The translations under genes were made by a program, and so were the position numbers. The notes under the pieces were generated by a model, which saw only the letters and a program-made list of their open reading frames with translations, was not told where the DNA came from and made no database searches. 64,000 nucleotides of DNA from Dimorphilus gyrociliatus (lineage: Eukaryota > Animalia > Annelida), in the NCBI GenBank assembly GCA_904063045.1, contig CAJFCJ010000024.1, positions 925,777 to 989,776 on the forward strand, given 5' to 3'. Of this stretch, positions 23,268 through 34,900 are shown one piece after another. Position 1 is the stretch's first letter; every line of letters begins with the position of its first letter.

Positions 23268-25924
23268 ATGGACGAGGATTATCAGAATAGACCGAGTTGG
23301 ATTGATGCTAGAACTTGTTATAAGAAAGTCAAAAAGGTATATTATTTCATTTTTTAGGGCAATTTAGATCAGATAACCCTTTGTATTTGGTATATACCGC
23401 AAGAAATACTAACGTATTTGTCCAAATAAATAGCTAGAAACGGATAATCTTTCACAACAAAAGAAGAATCCTTTAGAGTCTATATTTTAAATATATAGAT
23501 GAGTATACATAATTATAGATGTTGATTGTATATACAGTATAACGTGCGTATATGAATAAAATAAGAGAGCCATAAAGGCTTACATTAAAATTGTATCTAT
23601 CTAGTTAAGTACACCTACCTTACCTTTAATAACGAAAATATCACATTCAGTAAAACATCTATAGAGAGCAAATAAATAAATAGATAATTGTAGAACTTTT
23701 CAAAGGTAATTAATCAACGTCAGTTAGTTGTAAAAATTGGGGAAAAAGTCAATTTATCTTTGGAAGTTGAAGACAAATTTTTAAAGTGTTTGTATTATTT
23801 GCTATAGTAGATGATGATTTGATGTATTTATTTATAATTTCAATGATATATGTTTGTATTTTCTCTCTCTCTCTCTTCCTTCTTTATAGCATTTATCATC
23901 TTTTTAATAGACTATTCTTTTCACATAAAATGGTCATTTCCTAAGACAAATGTATGTAATTCTAACAACAAAATACTTGTTTGCAACTGTTACTTTGAGC
24001 ATCTTCTTATTTTTTATTGCATCATTAAAAATATTAGATTTACTTAACGAAACATTTCTCGTTCCTCTCCAATAGAAAATTTTGGCAGAGAATGATAAGA
24101 AAGGGTTTAGGGAAGAGGGAGAAGAGCGAGACAGAAAGAGAGAGAGAAGAGAGAAAAAATGCTTTCAAGGACTTTTAGGCTATCTAATAGCTTTTCTTGT
24201 TTATCAATAGCAAACTCTACTTTTAACGTAGAAACGTGTTAAAGAAATTTTTTAGCTCATTTAACCTAATGCAAAGTAATAAATGGGTTAATATGAATAA
24301 ATAATAAAAGGTTTCATTTCAATACTCTATAGTTTTCATTGAAATAAAAGAATTCTTGAAAGTTAATTTGAGTTTTTAGAAGAAATAAGGTAGAAATTAT
24401 CGGTATACTTTTATACTTAATTGGTGTTTGTCTATGCTGATTGTAAAAACAAAGAAGGATTTCTAGGACCTATTTTCTTAATGGGTGGAAACGCGCGTAA
24501 AGAAAACTTTTACTTTTTGAGAAATAGACGCCAATTATCCGTGAAACTAGAGCACCTGCTTTAAAAAAGGAAATCGTTTTATAACGAGTCGTCTACGCGT
24601 GCGTCGCGGGGTCCTTTTTCACCTTTGAAGAGAACCGCCCCTGATTGACGGCTCCACCTGTTTATGCTAATTAGATATCTCTTTCAAATAGGGTCAAGTT
24701 GACGGTCAATCTTGCGGTTTATTTATAAGATGGAAACTACAAAGTATTTTCTTCTGTTTGGGCTATAACATTCAAAGACATTGTGGGAAAGTTCTCTTCA
24801 TTGGATTATTAATCTTCACCCTCTGCTCGCTTGGTCTGAGATTGATAAGAATTGATAAAGATCCAAAAAAATTATGGATTTCTCGTAAGTATATTTTATA
24901 TATTTGAAGTATATTAATTATGCAATAACAAGGCGATATAGGCCTAAAGGGATAAACATGAATTAATTAAAATTAAGGGAAAAAACACAACTAAAAGACA
25001 ATGTATTCTTTAAAAATATAAATTGTATATAATAGATGTCTTTTTCTGAAGTACTAAGCTACTTGTTTATGTCAGAATATTTAGGTTCTGTAGTATATAC
25101 TCTGCTAAAAACCGTATTAATAACATACATACATGCATATAAATTTATATATATATTAGGTCGATTTTTAAGTTTATTTTGAATGAAAAAAAGACAAAAT
25201 AAGGTCAACAAAAACCGTTCAAAAGGAATCTTATATTTTTTATTTTAAGTATACTTGTATATGTCGGATTATTCGAAACTTGATGTATTCTCTATATAGC
25301 AGACAAGAATAAAAATTGTTGATTTTAACGATGATATACGACAAAATATCTATTGAAAGGATCACGTTCATATATAGAAAAAAAGTAGTAAATTAAATAA
25401 CTTAAAAACTACATATAATAAAGAAAATGTTAAATTGTTTATTAAATATTATTAATAACATTATACAATTAAAAAATATAGTTCATCGCTTATCTATATT
25501 GAAATACGATAAGGATACAAATTGAAAAAGTTCCAAAGAAGTAGTGTCTTAAATAATTAGAATATTCATTTCAAGTACATACTCGACATTGTCAATGTAT
25601 TAATAATATTACCGATTTGAATGAAATTATAAGAGTTATTGAATAAACGACTTATGAATAAATATATTCTATAAATATTCATAAGATTAGTTATAAGTTA
25701 AAAAACAGGAAAGAGGATAGAATTAAAGTTCGTTGCAACTTTTCCTCTTGTGCATACAGTTGAACGTGTCAAATACATATGGTTTCTCACGTATGCAAAT
25801 TTTAAAAACATATATTTGCTTGCAGGAGATTAGTAATACTTAACAAAAGGTGTAAGATAATCATGATTCGTGATATTTGGGAGGATTTATTTTAATTTTT
25901 CCAATTCGTCTTTTATTCTTTCGA

Positions 25925-25969
<45 letters not shown>

Positions 25970-28900
25970 TTCTCATGTCTCTATTGAAATAGCGACTTAA
26001 ATATCAAAGTTTCTTGCGTAAAATAAAATTTATGGAGTACTTGAATTCTCTAGCGGTCGAAAGTTTTTTAGGTTTTTGGGGTATGGCCGCAGAAACAATA
26101 AAAAACTTCTTCTCGACCAGACGTTACAAAGTGTGAGAAAAAGAGCTAGACAGTGAGGGGCAGTTAGCAAAAACGAAGAGTAGAACGTAGTGGGGGGTAG
26201 GCTAGTGATTTAGATACTCTTTTTCTAGATGATACAGGAAAAGAGGCGTTTTTTTTTCTAGACCTAAGTTGACACACGCACTCCCTACCGTCCATTTATT
26301 TCGATACGGCTTACCAGTTCCAAACAATCCTAGCTTTTTTCTAAAGTATACACTCGAACGTGTCAGATGTATCGACCCGAAAGGGTAAATTGTTTGCATA
26401 GGCGGGGTCGGCCAAAAGGTTATGATACTCGACGCTCTCACACCTGCCACCATTTTTTCCTCTTCGTCAAACAAAAGAAAAATCTTTAACGTCGACACCA
26501 GCCAATTAAAATTTCCTATTCAAAACACTCTTTAAACATCCCTTTAGGGTGTTAAGTGAAAAATCCTGAGGATAAAAACGGGATAAATTCCTCTCTTCCG
26601 TTCTCTCCCCTCTCTGCGTCATACACATCCCTAGATGAAAAGAAGATGAAAAAGTTTCAAAATTCTATTTTTACTTAAATCGGATTAGTAATTTTATTTT
26701 CAAGTAGAAAGATTACATCATTACATAATAGCAGCATTAGCAACATCTCATTAACATTATGCTTTCATATTTTACAGCTTCCGGAAGAGTAGCGGAAGAA
26801 TTACGATACTCCGAAAAGTTCTTAAAAGACAGTGAAGGAGTAGATAGTCAATTTCTATTTCAGACCTCCGACAGCGACAATTTACTGTCTAAACGATCGT
26901 TATTATCCCATCTGGACGTCTTATTAAAAATAACCAACATTAAAGTCTCCCTATTTAACGAGTGAGTTTGCGTTTTCTATCTATACGTACAAATATTATT
27001 AGCTACATAGATATATCATGGGTCAAGTGGGAATTTTCTCTTAAGGTATTTTGTATCTGTAACCTTATATGCCTAAGGTGAACCTACTTTTTTTGTTGAA
27101 GGAGGCCACCCTCCATCTTTCTTTCTTTATTAAATCCTCTTCTCTAGTACTTTTCTCTTTATGCTATTTAAGCTACACAGAGCTTGATATATTTTCGTTT
27201 AACATTGTTTTCTATTTACACTTTGTCTTTTTACTTTCAGAGAATGGACTTTTGAAGATGTTTGTCATAGACACAGCTTTTATAACGGTCAAGAAGGAAG
27301 TAAACTGTTGAACAATATAATCGAAGGTTTAACTCCTTGTTCAATTGTGTCTATATTTGATTGTTTTTGGGAAGGAAGTAAAATATTAGGACCAACTCAT
27401 CCAGTTTATGTTCCTTCAACAATTTTTGGGTAAAAACCTCTTTATTTTTCTCTCTCTCTATCCGTAATATATTTCGTAGAAGAAGAAAAAATAAATAAAC
27501 ATATCTCTACGCTTACAAGACTTTAGATAAAAGTTTATTTATGGTTTTTCTAACCTAACAGACTTTTATTCGATCTACCACAAGAAATAACATGGAAAAA
27601 TCTTGATATTGATAAATTTATTAAAATATTGAAACTACACCATTTAGAAGGTTACGAAGCTTTGATCAGTTCGTTAAATAAGGTATATAAACTTTTGAAT
27701 TTTTCTTATTTTATCCAATTTTTATTGTAAATTGATAAAAAATAAAAATAATACCGCCTACTGTTCTTAGTCTGGTATTCGGAGCGGATACATAAACAAA
27801 CCATGTTTAGATAACACGGATTCGGAATGTCCAAATAGGAACGTTACGATAAATGCAAAGGAAGTTGTGGAATTAGAAACTTGTTCCGGCTTTGCCGAAA
27901 AGTTTATGGGTTGGAATAAGAAATTGTTAGTTAATGGAAAGTATGGCAGGTATGTTGAGTGTGTTGTTTTTCTTTTAGAGTAGATCTCTATAGGCTAAAT
28001 GTCTTATTGGTAGGGTTTTATGTTTTTACAAAAAATACTTTTCTAAGTTTGAACATTTATTTAAAAAGAGTAGTTTTAAAAAGGCGGGGATTATGGTTGT
28101 AACCTTAGATAAATTCTATTTATCGACTTTGACTTGCTCCAATTATTTCTAATAATTGGATTGAAGAACTATTGAATTTTAAAGGATTCATGAATACTTC
28201 ATTGTTATAAGACAATTTTTAAAGCTTTCGTTCTTCTTCTCTCATTCCTGCCTCCTTCTTATGCTCCCTTTCTTCTTTCGCCTCTTCTACTATTACATTT
28301 ACATACGCATTTTTAAAAGCAACAAGCACCTTCCCTTAACGTTATCTATTGCTTGTAAACAAACTTCCAGTACGGATTGAAGTCTGAAAATTGAATTATT
28401 GCCCATAAATAAGTTGATACAACGGTCGGTTAAAAATAATTGATAGCTGAATGAAAAAGTGGAAAAGGTGATAGGGTGAGGTATGCTGGGTCGTAAATTA
28501 TGCCTATAGACTAGTCGAGGTGACGTTTATTCGAAATTGAATTGGTTCTTTTGACGCCATTGAAATATTATAATTATTCCATTTTCAAGTGTAAACTAAT
28601 TAGAAGAGTATCTCGTTTTGGCGGGAAACGGGAGTCGGTCTAATTATAAGTCTTTCTCAATTAACTAGCCAGTGAACCGTATATGTTATTACCTCTTAAT
28701 AGTTCCGTCGCTGGGCACAGATCGTTTGTATAGATAATGACTTACTAAGGTCCTCTACTGTTACGAATTCAATGCCTTTATCTGGAATGGAGATCGAAGC
28801 AAAACACAACAAGCTTTCCACTGCCAAAATTAATAGGTTCCTCCTGAGACAACTTTTCCCCTATGATAAGAATATCTTTAAATTAATATGGGGACCAAGG

Positions 28901-31900
28901 TCAAAGAAAATAATATTATTCGAAAATTATCCAGACAGGCATTGACATATCTGGGCGGAAAAGGGCAGGTGTGCGTATGGCATATAAGTTTTAATAATAG
29001 ATTTTTGCAACGGCATGACACTTGTCGTCGTCTTGCGAAAGAATAATCGCATGCTGATAAAGCCGTAGCGGAAACAAGACTAACATGCTGGTAGGATTTA
29101 TTACCGGTCTACCGAAAATCGGACAATTTGAATGCTGGACTCTTTTGACAAGTAATAGCTGTCATACGTCCAACATCTTCCCGTTCAGTGTCTCCTCCCC
29201 TTTCCACCACTCCCACCGTCATTCCTATTGATAATCTGCCAAAACCGCCCCCTCCCTCCTTCCCCTCCTCCGACTCCTCCTTCTTCCCTTTCCTGGGAGG
29301 CCTACAAAACGACTTGTAGCTAACCAGATGTTATAAATTAAAGATATTATCTTACGAGAGAGGGAAAAAGAGAAAAATAATGAGAAAAACGGTCAGATTC
29401 CTAGCTAAAAACAAAATAATCTTGCAACACCTACAGATTATTTATAACCTTAATAAAAACGGTTGAAAATAACTTTTAGCATGGATTCTTCAATTTTATA
29501 GCCATATACTTTACTTTTACAAACACTATCTTATTTCTTATTATTATTGGTTTATCAATGTTTGTCAGTATATTTTGCGTTTATTATTCTAACACCAAAG
29601 TCCTTTCAACAACTTTAAAAGAGAATTAATAAAAGTAGGCGTTCAAGTAGAATTCCCTTGTGGCTATATGTTACTACCGGACATACAAAGAAGCGATCGT
29701 AGTCAAAGTAATTGATCCGATGGGTAATTTCCCGCTCTTCCGCCCATTTACTCTATTTTTATTCGAACGGAAGGAATGATTTTTTACCTGTTGTTAGTTT
29801 TTCTTTTTCCCCTTTCCTATGATTTGTCAAATTCTTTAATCTATTAGAATAAGAACTAAGAATAGGAAGAATTACAGATTATTTAACAACAGATATCTTA
29901 ACAACAAGTGTTAATAATTCTTTACATTGTTTGTCGAATCTATCTAAACTTTTTGATGTATAGATATTTATTTTAGCATACAATAATAGGCTTATTTCTT
30001 GGGAGATGATTTCTTTTGGTCTATCTGTCTTTCTTTTGTCTCTATAATATCTCTCTCTCCTCCATTCCTCTCCTTTACTTTAAAATCGTAAGACAACGTG
30101 GAAGAATCTTTATCGTTGTATTATTGATTGTATTGGAATAGCAAGACTATTGTTAAGATAAACTATGCTATTATATTTTGATTATCTTTACTGATGGATT
30201 TAAATGGTCAATTTCCAAACTGAAAGATTGGGAAGCTATACGAATTGAAAGAAATATAATAACATCTTTTTACAAAGAAGTCTTTCTTTCTCCTACAACT
30301 TCTTTTCAAGTTTAGCGCTCTTGCACCCAATTACGATACACTTTGTAAGAAAATAATTTACATATTCTCGACATCTAAGAGATTCTTATCTAACATTTTA
30401 TTCTTTAATCGCTTTGTTCAAAAATCGACTTTTTACCTTGAATTCCCTCCCACAGCTTCCCTTTTAACAAGTTATTTTAGGCCAGCTTCTTTTCCGATAG
30501 AAAAGAAAATTCTTTTTTCAACACTTTCTCCTGAAATCGAAAATATCTTGTTTATTATAAACAGTTTACAAGTGGAAAAATAAGGCCTAAGTTGCAAACA
30601 CTTTTATTATATATAGTGTTTAATATATTAACAGTGAAAGTAGACTGCGTCTTGTGTTCCTTATTTGGGACGAGAAAAATAAAAAGGGAAAAATGCTACA
30701 ACCCCTATATAACTATATATTAAGACCTTCGTCAATCAAATCTTTGAATAGGAATAAATTTCTCCACCTTCTATTATTTCTAAGTAGTTTGAATTCAATT
30801 ACTCTGAGGAATCTGTCTAGCCTTTTTATATTTATTAATATACTTTCATTGATGACTCGCAGGGGACTATTTTCTCTTAATTATTTTCTTGATAATTGAC
30901 TGGTACTTGAAAATGATTTGATTAGCCGAAATGTCACTTGAATTGTAAATATTGTTTTATAAATATATTGTGTATAAAGTCTCACTTTATCGGATATTAT
31001 ATCAAATATATTGAAATCGATTTGAAGATTTTTAACATTTCAGCAACATTGATTAAAATAGCAGAAATAATGAATTCCGAAAGGAAATGGTAGCTAATAT
31101 TAAATATATATACAGTATGTTTGGCATATTTCTTTCTTTTCTCCCTTATCATTGACATATTTCAAATAAATTTAAAGATAGAAATAATAATTCCTTGGGC
31201 GATTTTCACCGCCCACTTCCCCCGCCCATTTTCCCTCAGATAAAGTATAAAATGTTCAATAACAATAGAATCACAACAATTTCGAAAGGAACTAAAATTT
31301 TATTTCTCTTCTTATCAGCCTTTTAAGGGCTTAAGTAGTTTTATCAAAAAAAAAAAACTTGTAGGCTTTACTTCATTTTTCTTTTTTGGTGAAATATTAT
31401 GGACAGATGCCATCCTTTTCCCTGGAGCGTGATTATTATCATTCCCGTTTGGGACATGTTATACACAGACCACATGTCTTAAAATGTTTGCGTTCTTGAT
31501 GTTTTATCTCAAGATTGAGGTTTATTTTTGACAATGTCGAAATAATTTCTTTTTCCTTGTCCTCTATATAAACTTTTCACTACGAACGATTAATAATAGA
31601 CCAGCTAATTACCTATGGTGATAATTGACCCTTTTCCATCCCTTTTTCGCACCTTCTACCTTTTCCGACAACTTCCGCACTTTGAAAAAGAAAATGAGAA
31701 AGAAAAAAAACATCTGGATTTCTTTAAAAGTGAAAAGAGTAAAAAATAGAAAGGGGTGGAGGGGGAGAGATGATGAATTTCTGAAAATGTGCAGCATTTA
31801 TCATTTTAGTATATACTATAAAAAGCTTAAAATCATAATCTGATCTTCTTATTCCTTTCCGCTCTTAAAAGATTAGTAGTTGAACTAGTGCTTGAAATTT

Positions 31901-34900
31901 TCATAGATAAAAAGAGAAATTGAGCCTAACTAATGGATATTCAAAAGTTAACAATAAAAAATAAAAGATTTTGCCTCATATTGTTAAATAACTTTAAAAA
32001 GTTCTTGCGATCTTTCACTATTGCGGCTGGGAACAATCAACTAATTACTTACGTATCAAAGAGCTGTTTACAAAAATATTAAGTAGAGAGGGGGCGAAGC
32101 GAAAACTTGTAAGGGGAGAAGGTGAAGAAATGAAAGCGACCCCGATCTAAGGATATTTTCAATTTATGCTGAGGTTTATTAGGAGGAGGTTTAAAATTGT
32201 TGACGTAGTTTTATTCTTGTTTGATGTTGAGGAAGAAAACTAGCCCTTTAGGTGTTATGTTCCATTTTATATAAATCCCCCCTTTTATACTAATGTAAAT
32301 GGGAACAGATGACGATATAATCCGAGGGGCTGCCTTGATTGCCATCAGGTTGTATAGTTTGTGACCACTAAAATTGGAGTAAATGCATGCCACATGCCTA
32401 TGAAAACACAGGGAACCCTTTCTTTTATTTTAATAGGCCTAGCTGCCCAGTGTAAAATTTATTACCCCAATTGAATGAATAAAGAAAGAGACGTAACACT
32501 AAAAATGACCCGTGACTTGAATTTTATATTGGGCGTCAAACCGTCAGTTTTAAATTAAACATGAGTGTTTACGGCGCTCCAATTCTATTTCTAGAGTAGG
32601 CCTATTTAGTAGTCGAAATTTATTCCCGCGGGTGGTCCACCGCGTTTATTGACTAGATATGAGATATCCCGCCCGCAAGCGCGCGCCTATACAATGCGTG
32701 TGGTCTTTTATTAAAAACATAGGCCAATTTTTTGAACAGATATATCCTTAGGCCTAATTTAATTCTACGTTTATCTTTTTTGAACAGAACAAAGGCATTG
32801 CAATCAATCATTCATTTAATGGGACCCGAATATTTGTTTAATTATCACGATAGTACACAAAAGACCCAAAAGAATATGGAGAAATGGACAATGAAGGAAG
32901 CAGAAATGGTTCTAGCCAAATGGCATTTGGAAATGAAAAAAATTATCAATAACGAATCTACAAAGTTTTATATACTCACTTCAGACGATTTCGACGGAAT
33001 TGTCGAAGAATTTTGTAAAATCCCAATAGAGGGCGTAGCAATAGCCTATTCTTTGTGGGTAAGCGAAATATTTCCCATTTTTCAAACCCTACATAGGCGT
33101 CTAATTTAAGTAGCAATTAACAAACGAATAGATGATAAGAATGTCACAAACATATTGTGTATATTATGTACATATATACTGCATGTAACGACATCTATTA
33201 TCAGCTTAAGAAAAGAATTTGCCTACTTTCAATATTCAGTTAAGGACGTTAATCATAAATGATAATTCTGTTGAAAAACAATAGAATTCCTGTAGTGTCT
33301 TCTCTCCGCTTTAGTTCTTTTTATTTTTATCTAAGATACAAAAAAAACAGCGAAAAAAAATCAAAAAAAGTATCTTTACAAATAAGGTGCTATTGAAATC
33401 GAGCAATCAATTGAAAATAGGGGAGGAGGAGGGATAAAGAGAAAGAAATAGACAGAAGGGAGAACGAGAGAAAAAGATAGATAGAAGAAAATTAGAATTT
33501 GAGCAGATAGAGGGGTAAAAAAAAACTTTTACATCCTAACACCTAATCTATATATCTACTGTATATACTTTATACTATATATATATATATATTCTTACTT
33601 CTACTTCAATGATTAATTGACAATGCGCTCGTAATTAATAATGGAAAACTAAATTGCTCTTTTTTTAATTACAGATTATCTACTCTATTTTAATTAATCT
33701 CAGTCGAAATAAGAAATTAGCTCTGTCTCAAATATCTTTAAGTGTCTCCTCTATACTTATTATACTACTTAGTACAGCCTCAGCTTTAGGCCTATGTTGT
33801 GTCTTTGGTCTTGATTTGAACGCTCTAACGTTTCAGGTACAGTAAACTTTTTAGTATTAAACAATATTTATATATACATTAATTATATTATCATTATGTA
33901 TATATGCATAGATCATATTTCATAAACATTTACATAAATCCTTATAACGTGTATTGTTATCATATCAAGTATTTCTAAACGTTTTGCCTTTCTCTCTCCT
34001 TGTCTCTCTTTGAACTCTCTCTATTTCTTGAGAATAGCAAATATTTGATAAAAAGAAAATTGAGAGAGTCAAAAAGTATTTCTTAAGGAAAGTGATAGAA
34101 TGTGATTTTGTTTAATTCTTTCTATGTTTATTCTAGTCAATTTATCATCAAGAGTAAAGAGAAATTCTTTAATTCTTTTTCATCTATTTTCCCCATACAG
34201 CTGCTACCGTTTATTATAGTTGGAGCAAATTACGAACATATTATACTATTTTTACAAACTTATAAAGAAGTTTGTAGGAGCGATGTAGAATTTAGTGATA
34301 AAATAGGTCATGTAATGAAGAGATGCTCGTTGGATATTGTTCTTCCAATCGTTTGCAATTATTCTATATTGTTCGTCATCTATTTTGTATTCAATGCAAC
34401 GGCTATCGGACATTTTATACTTCAGGTAAAAGATGAAACATTTTAGATTGTTTACGTAATCATTCCTTTATACATAACTCTAAACTAAACATCTCCTTTT
34501 CAGCTTGGTATTGTAATTTTAATGAATCTAATTGGATTGTGTATAGTTCTACCGTCAATTATGAGCCTCGATCTACAAAAGCGATTAAACGAAAATCTGA
34601 CACAGCGGTCCGATTGCAATCATGTTTGTGTCCAAATTCCAAATTGTTCCAAAGATAAGTCCAACTCTTGTACGGATACCTATGGAGCGTTCCTTGAGAG
34701 GAGAAATATACAAATATTAATTATAATTTGCCTTTCAATGGCTATCGTCGTTGGAATCTTAGGAATTTTAAGGATTTCCGTTGGCATGAATATTTTAGAC
34801 TTTTCGAAAAAAGGAAGTGACCGGTACGAAGCACTTAAAACGAGGGAAACTCATTTTCCTAACTATTATACGCATATCATTACTACCGATGATTTTGATT

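Noticed and set aside
29003-29040. Short hairpin in patched intron 6 as a possible pre-miRNA
   Set aside because: Only about 38 nt with an imperfect stem, too short for a canonical pre-miRNA.
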